The position numbers were made by a program, and so were the translations under genes. A stretch of DNA of 62,792 nt, filler included, from Collodictyon triciliatum (taxonomy: Eukaryota), in assembly GCA_043381765.1 (NCBI GenBank). It is 20 parts of 20 records of this genome, joined end to end, with 100 filler letters (N's around TTAATTAATTAA, not from the genome) between each part and the next. Parts side by side here need not be neighbours in the genome. Positions count along the whole stretch, not along the records: positions 25,718 to 28,828 come from JBHJMP010007779.1; positions 28,929 to 32,038 come from JBHJMP010007780.1; positions 32,139 to 35,248 come from JBHJMP010007781.1; positions 35,349 to 38,458 come from JBHJMP010007782.1; positions 38,559 to 41,680 come from JBHJMP010007783.1; 15 more parts are not named here. One strand, 5' to 3'. Below, piece by piece: positions 25,718-38,847 of the stretch (positions are counted from its first letter, which is position 1; every line of letters begins with the position of its first letter). The notes under the pieces were generated by a model that was given only the letters and a program-made list of their open reading frames with translations, was not told where the DNA came from and did not search any database.

Positions 25718-28700
25718 TCGAGTCTGTGTGACTTGAGACATAGGCGTCGATAGAGTCTCCGTCAGGGTCGACTCCGCTCAACACAAAGGTGACAGTTCGG
25801 CTGGTTTGCGAGTCTGCGATTGTGATGTTTGTCTGTCCAAATATGAAAGGAGCAAAGTTTTTGTCTCTAATTGAAATGTTGATGGGTTGTGTGGTTGCAA
25901 TTTGCGCATTCCTCACAATCACATTGAACGAATCGGACTGTGCTCCATCAGAAACCATAAGGTCTGATGGTGTGTGGACATAAAGGAATGAAGCACTAGC
26001 TGTGGCGTTAAAGTCAACTATGACTACTGATGCATTTCTGATCAGATTAATTTCAGCTGCTTCGGCGGGATAGTAAAGCTGTCCTTTGCTTGGTAATGAA
26101 CTGGTTTCAAGGCTTACAGGAAGGGGATTGTATGGGTTAGGAATACCATCAATCTTAATTGTAATTGTATCCCTTTCATCCAATGATGGAGAAATAGGTG
26201 TTGATATAGCAATAGGGGGCAGAGCCTCAAACAGCACATCAAAAGACACAGATATAGATACGGGTTGGGACATATTGTCAGTTATGGTTACGTTGACAGA
26301 GTTATAGTCATCGTTATCGCCCGTACCAATATTGGGTGCCGTGTACAACAGCTCCATGACCTGAAGATTAGAACCGCGGAAAGACTTTGTTTCACTGATT
26401 TTTTCTCCATCGAAAGTAAAGTATCCCCTTTCATCCCCTTCCCTTGGGGTAATGGTTACATCCAATAAGTTACCAGCATCGAAGTCCTGTGCAATAATAA
26501 TGAAAGGAACTACTTGGTCGCGAGTGGCATGTAGCACAGGGAATGAAGTTGATATCACCGGTTGGTGGTTAACATGCGACACCGATATTGTCACTGTCGC
26601 GGTGGCTGAGTCTGCTCTTCTATCATTCGCTGTGAATGTAAAGGTGGTGTATGGGTCGCCGAATGAGTACGGTGCATTCAAAAAGCTGATGGCTCTGGAC
26701 GACCCGAGAGAGAAGGGCACCGCTGTGATTGCTTGGCCATTGAACGATAGCGTGCCTCTTGTAGGAAGCGTGCGGATTGTATAAGTCAGAGTTTCGGATG
26801 GCAGATTGGCATCTGTGGCCTCAAGGGTGATACCCAGCGCTGTGTCCTCGTTGGTGGCGAGGGTCTGTGACTGCGCTACTGGGATGATGTTCACATAGTT
26901 CACAGTGATTGGAATCACCTTGCTATCAGTCGCCTGGCTGTTATCGCTGACTCTCACAGTTATTCTGTCGCTGTAGAACTCGTTTGCAGCCGGCGTGTAT
27001 GTCAACAGAACTCCTGTTGCTGGTAGGTTGTAAGCAGCATTCAGGGTGATGGGTGTGTTCCCCATTCTAAGAGACGAGCCTGATTTTGTAGGCAGCGATG
27101 TGACAGAGAACGTCAAAGTATCTCCGGCATCGACATCTTGTCCGTTGATACTGACAGACGCGGCTACGTTCAGGTCAGTTGTGACCGTGGTCGGTACTAT
27201 AGCTGTTGGTGCATGGTTCACATGGTTCACATTGATTGATAGCGTCCGCTCGTTCGAACGAAGTTGCCCGTCCGATACGAAGTACCGGAAGCTGGTCAGC
27301 GGTCTGCCATCATTGAGCAGCGGAGGAGTGTACCGGACAGTCACACTTCTACTACTCATTACAAGCGGTGTGCTAGTTGTCACTGTAGTTTCATTCAGAG
27401 TTATAACACCGATTGCCGGGAGCTGTGATATATATGCTGTGATGGGGTCTTCATTATCATCTTGTCCTTCAAGAACGATGTCGACAAAGCTGTCTTCGTT
27501 GCATTCGGGAACATCGGCTGTGGTTGTGGTGGGTGCAAAGTTCACCTGGTTGACTGTGAGGCTGAGTGCGAGTGGACCTGAAGATAATTGCGAAGGGTCT
27601 CTCGTCTCGACAACTATGTCAGCAACCCTACCAAATGCGAGAGCAGGTACGTTGATGGTGATGAGCCATGTGTTTGTGGCTGAAGGTGCCCGTGTAAGCT
27701 GGCTGCCGCTTGATATCGTACTTCCTCCATTACTAGCGGTGGCACCGTTTGATACTGTGGCACTCGTGACTATTGCGTTGATCGCGTCCCCATCAGGGTC
27801 AACCCCACTGACTGTGAATATGATAGTTTGAGCTGATTGGGATGACTGAATTGTGATGCTTGGGGTCATGGTGCTCACAAAAGGAGCATAGTTTCTATCT
27901 GCGACGTTGACATTCATAGTGATACTCGATGACCTTCCGCTATTTTGAGTTACTAGTGTGTATGTATCGGTGTTGCCTCCCAAGGAAACAAAGACAGAAG
28001 ATGGCTTGGGTGCGACGTAAACAACTCGACGAGAAATGCTGCCGGAGCTGCTTGTGGATATGATTTGTCCGCTTGTAAGCGCACTTCCAACTGCTGCTCC
28101 TTGGTCGTTGGCAAGGAAAATGCGGCCGTTTGTAGGGACACTTGAGACGCTCAGCGTGATTGCCAGTCCATCAAGGTCGATGCTAGAAATTGTAGTGACT
28201 TGCTCTTCCTGCTCTTGAATATTGATAGAAGACGGGCTCGAAGTGAGCGTTGGGCTGCGTGGTACAAATGCGACGTTGATTGGAACACTTACAACAGAGG
28301 AGGCGAGATTTGAATTATCGATTACAACGTATTGGAGAACGTCGATATTGTTTCCAAAATCTTTAGATGCTGCTGCTGAAGGTGGCGTGTAAACAATCGA
28401 CACGGCTGTTCCAACCGCGCCTAGAGGAGTTGTGTATCCATCTGTGACGGGAACACCTCCAAATGCTAACCGACCAAGGAATCCGCTTGGGACAGTGAAT
28501 CGCACTCTCACTTGGTTATTGGCATCAAAGTCATTTGGTGTGATGCTAAAGGACACGGGTGTATATCGATTAGTTTGGATTGGATTGGATGATATTGTGC
28601 TCACAGGTGCGTGGTTAACATGCGACACCGATATTGTCACTGTCGCGGTGGCTGAGTCTGCTCTTCCATCATTCGCTGTGAATGTAAAGGTGGTGTATGG

Positions 28701-28828
28701 GTCGCCGAATGAGTACGGTGCATTCAGAAAGCTGATGGCTCTGGACGACCCGAGAGAGAAGGGCACCGCTGTGATTGCTTGGCCATTGAACGATAGCGTG
28801 CCTCTTGTAGGAAGCGTGCGGATTGTAT
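25718..28828 (-). CDS. Giant intronless cadherin-like/Ig-like tandem-domain surface protein, internal fragment
   Basis: About ten ~110-aa beta-rich domains with VNxAP linkers, (N)ED, DxDGD and F-x-(Y/F)-x-x-x-DG motifs. The ORF spans the whole contig. Confidence 0.88.
26565..26782. repeat. 218-bp near-identical intragenic repeat; second copy at 28611-28828
   Basis: Direct comparison shows 2 mismatches. The offset is 2046 bp (682 aa). Confidence 0.95.
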
Positions 28829-28932
28829 NNNNNNNNNNNNNNNNNNNNNNNNNNNNNNNNNNNNNNNNNNNNTTAATTAATTAANNNNNNNNNNNNNNNN
28901 NNNNNNNNNNNNNNNNNNNNNNNNNNNNAAAA

Positions 28933-29024
<92 letters not shown>

Positions 29025-29037
29025 AAATAAGCGGAAC

Positions 29038-30631
29038 ATGTGATGACGCGGGTATACCCATCACCGTGCCAACAACGCACGACAAGAAACACACGGAGTC
29101 CTCGAAGCACGGGCATGGTTCGACAGGCTCAGGAGATATCCAGAGGAGGAGAAATGAAACCAAAAATAGGATCACATTCACTATTTTTTAAAGACTACAA
29201 TTAGATTTACCACGATGACAGCTTTTCTATAGTATGACAGAGTAAAAATAAAAATATTACAAATATGTAATAAATAAAATAACATAAGCGAATCGAATAG
29301 AGTATCAAAAAACCATTATCTCCGTGGGTGACCCAGTTTGTGTATATCCTTGAAAATCCTAGTCCGAACCAGAAGAATAAGAGAGCAAGAGCAATCAAAT
29401 AACCACAAATAACGTCGGCCATCGAGTGAACTCCCAGATACATCCGAGACAACCCAACAAGCGCGGCATAGACAAGGCCAACCAGAAATATCGCAGCCAA
29501 ATACGCAGTGGAAACCTAGATATCGATGTATGGTAAATTTGAATTATTAACTACCACAAGAAGCTTGAATAGAGGTAACGATGGCAGCTCACCGGATACA
29601 CTTCAGCGAGCGAAAAGACGAGGGCCATCGGGAGCAAAAGGCTGTTTACACTGTGAGTGGATGGAAGTCCATATTCGTGGTTTGTTTCTCCACGCTTTAC
29701 TGGTGGACTTAATGGTCTCGGAAGGCACAAGTAGTCCTTGACCACGTTTCCTGTGTAAATACCCAGTGCGAGTATGGCCACTAAATTCCTGTAGATTCCG
29801 TGAGTGATCGGATTAAGAAGAGGGAGCATCGTAGAAACAAGTTTAGAGGAGGCCTGACTAGCGAACCAAAGTCGAAACTCCTCGTCTTGTCCAAAATTGA
29901 ATGGAATAAAAAAAAGTTAAGAGGTTTATAGTTAAGTGTACCTTGCAACGTGAGTGAATCCACACCAGTAGAAAAATGGGATGAATGCTATGTAGAATTC
30001 ATGGGTTACCGTTGCAGAGATACCCTTTGCCACAGAATCTAACCAAGGCTTTTGATACTTCTGCAAGCAATAGCCAAACATCAATAAGTGCATACGGAAT
30101 GGAGATGAACAAACAAACAAACAAACAAACAAACAAACAAATAAACATACAAATAAACATACAAATAAACATACAAATAAACATACAAATAAACATACAA
30201 ATAAACATACAAATAAACAAAAAAACGTACAAACAAACAAATAAACAAACAAACGTACAGACATACAAATAAACAAATAAATAAACAAGCAAACAAATAA
30301 ACAAGCAAAGAAATCATCAAACACAATGGCCATTGATACGATAAGATGACTGAGAGAAAGTAGAGTATCAGAAATAAAGTAAAGGAGATAAGATGTGAGA
30401 AAGTATATATTTAAAGCTTAAGAAATAAAGCGTGCTTTTCTCTGCACGGAAAGGCAGGGCAAGCTGAAAGGAACAATTATGAGTCGCACAGACCTGGAGT
30501 GAAACAATGCGGCCCACGTCGGGATCAATTAGCTGAAGAGCTTTGTTGCGAACCAGCGCTCGAAAGCCTTTCAGTCTTTTCAGTCGCCGTGGGTCGCGCC
30601 CAACTGGAAAGCCCTTTTGGTCAGACACCAT
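29038..30631 (-). CDS. Sphingoid-base-phosphate phosphatase (SGPP/LCB3-like, PAP2 family), 5' part
   Basis: Motifs KDYLCLPRP, EYGLPSTHS and SRMYLGVHSMADVICG, plus THEFYIAFIPFFYW, over several exons. Confidence 0.92.
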
Positions 30632-33157
30632 CCTGCACAAGGAGAGGATTTAGTGTGTTTTCACCGCAGTGCCCGCGCACGATGGAGACGAACCGACCGC
30701 AAAGACACTCAACTCCCTTTCCCTCTTTACTTGACTCGTGTTGCGCGAATTCTGCTCTTGGAAAAGTATGCGGTGTTTGGGAGAATATTGCTTTGCACAA
30801 AGAAGTTGAGTGCTTCTGTTGACATATAAGCCGATATCGTTTGTGTCTGCATAGTTTCGGCCCAGTCACAGACTTTTTCTTTCACAAAGTCAGGTGGCGC
30901 GATGGGTCTCATTTCGAGGAGAGCAAAGCAGATGGGCGGACTGGAGGGAAAGGTGAGTTGGCTTTTCAATGCCTTGGTTATTGCATCCAGACCGGATAGG
31001 TTTAGCAACACCGCTTTGCGAGCAGCTTGCCGAAGCACGCACACATCCTCTGCTCTTCAGGCCGCGGGCGAAAAAAAGCCTCAGGAACGAGACACAAGAT
31101 ATCTTTTGTCTCAGATTTTGATTCGGCTGCCAACAACGCGGCTAATCAATCACACGAATCGCCCACTTTAACAGCTCTCTATTGCCAAGCTCTCTCCCGT
31201 GATACCACCTCCTCTACCACAAACACACAGACTTCATGCAAGCGTACCAAGGGGTTAAGTTAAACGCGCAAACTTTGTAAATCGCCTCATTGCGCTTTCA
31301 ATCAAGTGAAGAAAGAAAGAAAAAACATCTTGATTTATTATTCAGCAATTAGTAAAAGAGACTATGACAAAGTTTAAAAATGGGGATTTAGAAAAGGGGT
31401 GGGCTCAAGGACAAAAAAGACAAGAAAAAAATAAGAAAATAAAAAAAAAAGATAAGAAAAACGAAAAGACAGGACAGGATTGGCTAGAGTTCCTTTTCCG
31501 TGCGGGTACATGATATTTGCGAAAATAGGCGGATTAGAATGAAAGCATTCATTTGAGATACGGTTAGATTTTTCTTCAAGAACAAATATAAAATTCATTT
31601 CCAAACGAAGATTGACAGAAAATCTAGTCAAATTATGTTGAATACATAAAACAAGCTTCAGTGGTGCATCCTGTTTCTTAGGTCACTCAGCTCCGACTCT
31701 AATATACTAATATATGTCTTGAGCTTTTCATTGTCATCTATAAGACCTTGCACCTGAATCTCAAGCTCTTGGATATACGACCTTTTTCTATCACGCGACC
31801 TTTGAGCAGACTTTCTATTTCTGTAATCAATATTACATATTTAAAATTATTTTCTTATGCTTGCACGTTACACAACCTTTGTCTCATTAGTCTCGATTAG
31901 CTATGGTTAAAAACAAAAAACCCAAAAACCCAAAAACCCAAAAACCCAAAAACCCAAAAACCCAAAAACCCAAAAACCCAAAAACCCAAAAACCCAAAAA
32001 CCCAAAAACAAAAAAAACAAAACAAAAAAAACAAAAAANNNNNNNNNNNNNNNNNNNNNNNNNNNNNNNNNNNNNNNNNNNNTTAATTAATTAANNNNNN
32101 NNNNNNNNNNNNNNNNNNNNNNNNNNNNNNNNNNNNNNTTTCTTTTCTTTTCTTTTCTTTTCTTTTCTTTTCTTTTCTTTTCTTTTCTTTTCTTTTCTTT
32201 TCTTTTCTTTTCTTTTCTTTTCTTTTCTTCTTGCCATGAGCATTCTTGGATGGAAATCCTGTCACGGTATGTTCCCTTCTTTCTCTGCGGGTATTCCCTT
32301 GTGGGGCCGTGTACCATTTATCTCCTCTTACTTTCTGCGCACAATACTTATGATGCACATTAATACTGTATGTTTTAACCTTGATGTCAACCCTAAAAAA
32401 ACAAATAAAATGTATTCTTATGTATTCTGATATTAATTCCACAAATATAAAATGTGCAGCTCTCTTAGCGGCTGCAAAGAAATTATTGTTGCACGGTGGA
32501 TCCGGGCGGTTGTGCGAGGGAGGTTGTTGGAAGTTTGGTGGAATCATCAGAGTCGCACACAAATCACTCACACAATAAATGCGGCCGCAGCAACGCACCG
32601 AGTAAACAACCCAATGGCGTGGTTAGTCTTATCGGGAGCATTTATTCTTGTTTTTTTCTCTCGTTCTTTTATTCCGCATGTGAAAGACGGGGAAGTCTTG
32701 GCTCTGGTTGAGTCTCAGGAGCACCAAGTTCACCACTCTCGCGCAAGACTCGGTCGATCTCTTCACTCAACCGTTGCACACCTTGACCTATTCCCGTAAA
32801 AGAAAACCGAAACGTTTATTCTGTTCTGTGAAAAGAAAGGCTTTTTTCCTCTGCTGCTATTTGCTGAGTTTTTTTTTTCTTGTAATATTTTTTATTTTGT
32901 TGTCGAAGACTAAACTGTCTGTTTTGGACTCTTTTTTTTTTGGCTACATCTATACATATTATTGAGTTTAATAGTTTTTTCTTTTGATAGAATATTGCAT
33001 CCAAAAGTTGTTATGTAGCTAATTACTCGTTTCTTTTCATCGTCCCTTTGTTTGTTTGTTTGTTTGTTTGTTTGTTTGTTTGTTTGTTTGTTTGTTTGTT
33101 TGTTTGTTTGTTTGTTTGTTTGTTTGTTTGTTTGTTTGTTTGTTTTTGGATTACAAG

Positions 33158-34779
33158 AAATGGAATGTGTTTTAAAAGTCCGTGCACAATTGGGCCAGTG
33201 GCTACAACGGGCTAGCGAACAAACTGACATGGTGAGCATTTTCTAGAACAAAAATAATATAAAAATCCAACCAAATATTCTCAATCATTATGCCTGCCAC
33301 ACAGGCACATATTAGATTTTTTTCTATCGCATATTTCCTCTGATTTTTAGTTTGAAGAAGAATGTGCCAAACACGATGAAAATATTTACAAACACTTCCA
33401 CTGCTATGATGCAGCATACCAACGTCTTTGTAACCTCGGAGCCGAGCAGGTTTTATTTTAACATTGGTGCACTTTAAACTATATCATTATTTTGCCGATA
33501 TCTAGACAATACAGTCCATCCAAAATCCACACAAACTTCTTATTTAACTTTCATTTGTGATTTTCAAATGATAACCAACACACATTAGGTCGCTGTGTCT
33601 TTATCGCAAGTTCGAAAGCAGCTTTTTTCAAATGAAATTAATTTGTCTCGTGTTAGGCAGCGCATATCTCTTATAGATATCTGTTCCAAGACCGCTGGAA
33701 ATAAAACTCTAACGTATATGAGCACCACATCAAGGATTCTAGGCTTATTGAACAGCACCCACCTGGAAGAAAATTGGATTTCAAGTACCATGAAGATGTG
33801 TATGATACTACCCACGATTCCAAAAATTTTCCTTAGTATTCCTGCTTCTATGGCCTGGGCCCAGATGAAAGCAATCAGCGAAATCCAACACCCAGAAATT
33901 CAAGCGTGCCAAGACATAAGGCTAATATTATCCTGCAGCCCCATGTTCGAAAGGCCGATGAGCTCTCTAAAATCCATCAAACACTACATATTCGCAAGTT
34001 ACGACGGGTTCCATGACGGTGATTTGATTTTTACCTCTGTTTCTTTTCATCCCTTTTCAAATACCATGTTTGTCCTTTCTCGAGACGGCAGGCTAATTTA
34101 TTTAAATCCGGAGGAGCGCAAGTTGAAATACTGGGCCTCACAGCCCAATATAGAATCCGGAGATTTCACATGCATATCCACGTCAGTTTATGGCCATATT
34201 GCTGTCCTAGATTCTCTACGATATCGCATTTATGTATTTCACCCAAATAAAGGAAAATGGATCATAATTGATCGAAATCTGGAGAGTTTACAACAACTCG
34301 TAACCTTCAACCCAACCAATATCTGCTTCGGAACAGGAACTGAGATTTATGCTGCAGAATATGGAAATGACAGAATTGTAAAGGTCGACGTCGACGGTAA
34401 TTTCATAGGTGTCATATCAAGCGCAGAGTCTTTGATTAGAATACAGCGACCTCGGGCTATTTGTTCCTTGTTTGACGGGAGAATAATTGTCCTGTCCCTC
34501 AGAGGACCTCGAATATACGTCCTAGGAGGTGATTCGAAAGTGGAGACAGACTTTGACCTTCCTCCAATCGGTACAGAATTCAGCACTCATGCGTGCTTAG
34601 CCAGAGGTCCGGACAACTTTTTTGCTATTGGAGACAAAGGACGATGGAAGGTCCATATTTACAGGACTGATGGCACCTTGATTCATCAACTCAACGTGCG
34701 CTCTCCTTTCGGCATGGCTTTTTCTGACGATTACTTCTGGGTCACTGAAGAGGAGAGAAACAGAATATCTATTTGGTAG
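33158..34779 (+). CDS. Coiled-coil plus NHL-repeat beta-propeller protein (5' exons probably extend to ~32236)
   Basis: Exons 33158-33231 and 33351-33449 and a long exon from 33589 are in frame. NHL-like repeats include FNPTNICF..IYAAEYGNDRIVKVDVDGNF and RPRAIC. Confidence 0.75.
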
Positions 34780-35895
34780 TGGGTACTTTCCTATCGCACC
34801 AGCTATTGGACATATTTCTGTTTGAAAGGAAAGCAGTTATTCCATTTCTCCGCTGTGTGGACGTCACTTTTTCTCTCCAAATATCAATATGGCATTTAAA
34901 CCCAGAAGTACAGAAGCAAAAAAAAAAAAAATAAGATATTAATAAAAAAAAAAAAAAGACCAGCAGAAATCTCAAGTCGTTGGAGATTAACTCGAACGCA
35001 CTTGTGTCTTCTTTTTTTTCCTTTCTGGAATTCGAGATTTTTTTCGATACTCTACTTCCTCCTCCCCCCACCTTAGGAGATACACCTTCTCTACGTACAA
35101 CAGCCTTTATTGTGTTGTACACCTTAGATGCCTTGGTTTTGGCTGCTGACGCTCACTCACTCACTCACTCACTCACTCACTCACTCACTCACTCACTCAC
35201 TCACTCACTCACTCACTCACTCACTCACTCACTCACTCACTCACTCACNNNNNNNNNNNNNNNNNNNNNNNNNNNNNNNNNNNNNNNNNNNNTTAATTAA
35301 TTAANNNNNNNNNNNNNNNNNNNNNNNNNNNNNNNNNNNNNNNNNNNNTTTTTTTTTTCTCATACTCGCGGGACACTATCACGCGTCCCCAAAAGAAATC
35401 CATGCGTCTCTTATCAAGCCTCAAGGACCTCTCTTTTCCCTTTTTTTTTCTATTTTTTTTTATCTCCCACACATCCTCACCTACTTTGGAACTACTTGCC
35501 TGATGGTTGAATGAAATATTGTTGAGACGGGCTCAACAGCTAAGACATTTAGAATTAAAAAGAAATCTGTGACATACAAGAAAAGCAATAAATTCTTCAA
35601 TAATCTGGGTTTTTAGGTTTCTTCTTCGTCGCCTGGCTGAAAGTGGACATACCGTACAAATGTGGCTGCGTCGTGTGTTTTTGTGTGTTTTATGTGTTAA
35701 TAAACCTTTTATTTTCTTTCATTTTCTTTCATTTTCTTTTATTTTCTTTAATTTTATTTTATTTTCGTTTCTTTTTCTTTCTCTTTTTCTTTTTTTTCTT
35801 TTTCTTTTTCTTTTTCTTTTTCTTTTTCTTTTTCTTTTTCTTTTTCTTTATGTTAGTGGCATTTATTTTACCGAAATGCGTTTTTGCACTTGCAG

Positions 35896-36124
35896 GAGTT
35901 TTGGAGAATGAGTCGCAAGCTGCGTAATCTTAACCCCCAATATGGACGAATCGTCGAAGGCTCAGTCGTAGAGTATTTGCGAGGCATTAGAGAGTTACTC
36001 ACCCAAGGCGAAGCTCTACAGACAGAAGGTTTTGATCCTCCATTCTTTTCTTTTTATCCTTTCTTTCCCTTTTTGGTTTTCTCAGCTGGCTTTGATTCTA
36101 TAATTATATATGTGAAACGGTTAA

Positions 36125-36223
<99 letters not shown>

Positions 36224-38326
36224 AGAATTAATAGTATTATTACTAGTGTCATCGTTGTTATTTTTTGGTATTTTTATTAATGCCGTCTTTCAGCGTTAAA
36301 ATTATGAATTGACCTTTCCTATTATTACGATACACCCAGACCAAGTACTACTGCTGGATAATGTTTCAAAGGAGCTGGATAATCTGGTACCCATTATAGT
36401 TTTATTTAAAGTTCTTTAATTTATTTATTTGTTGTGTACCCTCAACTGATTTTAAATTTTCGGGATATATAATGAGGGTCAGACAATTAGATATTTATTT
36501 ATTTCTATAATCAAAGGACCCACTTGTTATTAAAGATGCGCATTGCAGCAAGATAATGGAACAATTGATTCCAAAGTTCAATTCCAAGCAACTTGCAAAG
36601 TTTCTTTTCCGATACAAAGGAAGGTACGATCACATATTTGTAGTCACTAGTCCTTTTTGCTCTGCTTTTGTTTTCTTTTCTTTTTTGTGTCTATTATTTT
36701 ATTTTTTCCTTAATTGTGATTTATATACACGAGTATTTTGACGGAGATTAAACCAAAGCACACATTTCACTCTCGTGCGATATTTTATGGCTGGAAATAT
36801 GATACTGACTAGGCTTTGATCCATTTAGCTATGTGGAATTGTCAACAGATTGCTGTGCATCTCACGTTTTCGAAATTGCTATCCTCTCTATACCAAAAGC
36901 TTTGGAAATTGCTGTTGTTGACGCCAATGCAGAAAAACTCGAGGAAGAAGATTTGGAGTCTCTGTTTTTGGTCATTTGCAAAGTAAGCTCACAAACCAAG
37001 ACTATCCCGGCTTTTTTTTCTTTTTTCTTTTGAAAAAGGATTGCAGTTATTAAGAGATAATCGAACTCCTGAAAGAATTTTTATGTCTCTCCTACTATAG
37101 GACTTCCTGCANNNNNNNNNNNNNNNNNNNNNNNNNNNNNNNNNNNNNNNNNNNNNNNNNNNNNNNNNNNNNNNNNNNNNNNNNNNNNNNNNNNNNNNNN
37201 NNNNNNNNNNNNNNNNNNNNNNNNNNNNNNNNNNNNNNNNNNNNNNNNNNNNNNNNNNNNNNNNNNNNNNNNNNNNNNNNNNNNNNNNNNNNNNNNNNNN
37301 NNNNNNNNNNNNNNNNNNNNNNNNNNNNNNNNNNNNNNNNNNNNNNNNNNNNNNNNNNNNNNNNNNNNNNNNNNNNNNNNNNNNNNNNNNNNNNNNNNNN
37401 NNNNNNNNNNNNNNNNNNNNNNNNNNNNNNNNNNNNNNNNNNNNNNNNNNNNNNNNNNNNNNNNNNNNNNNNNNNNNNNNNNNNNNNNNNNNNNNNNNNN
37501 NNNNNNNNNNNNNNNNNNNNNNNNNNNNNNNNNNNNNNNNNNNNNNNNNNNNNNNNNNNNNNNNNNNNNNNNNNNNNNNNNNNNNNNNNNNNNNNNNNNN
37601 NNNNNNNNNNNNNNNNNNNNNNNNNNNNNNNNNNNNNNNNNNNNNNNNNNNNNNNNNNNNNNNNNNNNNNNNNNNNNNNNNNNNNNNNNNNNNNNNNNNN
37701 NNNNNNNNNNNNNNNNNNNNNNNNNNNNNNNNNNNNNNNNNNNNNNNNNNNNNNNNNNNNNNNNNNNNNNNNNNNNNNNNNNNNNNNNNNNNNNNNNNNN
37801 NNNNNNNNNNNNNNNNNNNNNNATGCTTTTCTTTCTTAGAAAATAATTTAAAAACACAGCAATCTAGCGTATCAAAACCTTTCAAAAAGGCGTTCAAAAA
37901 GTTTGTCAAAAAGATTATAGCTGATGAAGAAATCAATATCCCACAGCTGGCCCTTCACCAACAAGGTAATAGTAATTAAGATACCATTTTATCTTTTTTC
38001 TGCAGTGATTTCGATAAATGTATGTTTCTAAAAGAAATAATATACCCAAAGCATCTCCTGTGCTCCAAATATTGATCAGATGTATGTGCGAGATCAAGCT
38101 TAAGAAGTCCGTCGAGTATACCGACAGCATTTTCATTCGGGCTTTTAAATTGCATCAAACTGTTGACCAAGGACAAGGGTACAGAGTGTTGGAGTTGGCT
38201 ATCAAGGACATGGTTGGTAGTCGTTTTATCGAGTGCAGCTTTAAGTACATAAGCGATCCTCTCTATGCTCGCGTGTACATAGAATATTTCAGAGGCAGAT
38301 TTTCGGAGTACTCAAAGGAAAAAAGG
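35896..38326 (+). CDS. NOP9: Nucleolar protein 9 (Pumilio-like repeats), partial, with an internal assembly gap
   Basis: EYLRGIRE..LLLDNVSKEL..DAHCSKIMEQL..LSTDCCASHVFE..KDMVGSRFIE..YFRGRF follow the NOP9 motif order. Confidence 0.75.
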
Positions 38327-38847
38327 CAATACTTTTTCTTTCTTTCTTTCTTTTTTTCTTTTTTTCTTTCTTTTCTTTCTTTTCTTTCTTTTCTTTCTTT
38401 TCTTTCTTTTCTTTCTTTTCTTTCTTTTCTTTCTTTTCTTTCTTTTCTTTCTTTTCTTNNNNNNNNNNNNNNNNNNNNNNNNNNNNNNNNNNNNNNNNNN
38501 NNTTAATTAATTAANNNNNNNNNNNNNNNNNNNNNNNNNNNNNNNNNNNNNNNNNNNNAAGCGGTGAATTTCCAAGGAAGCACAAGCACACAAGTTCTGC
38601 ACAAGTCGTCTTCTCTGAAAAATTCGCCGGCCTTTGCGGGATATTTAATGTCGTCTTGTCGAAATCCTAGCTTCTCTTTTTTAATCACAAAGTACTTTCT
38701 GATCTCTGTGTGCACAACCCTACCGTCCTGACTCGAGTAATATTGTCCTGTGTGATTGTCAAGTCCACTCATAAAACAAATAAATGATGTGTTTTGTATT
38801 GACACCCAGCCAGTATACCCATATATACATAGCCAGAATCTGTCCAG

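Noticed and set aside
31916-32003. (AAAAACCC)n as a telomere
   Set aside because: The C-rich strand runs toward the 3' contig end (wrong polarity) and degrades into A-rich repeats like the other microsatellites.
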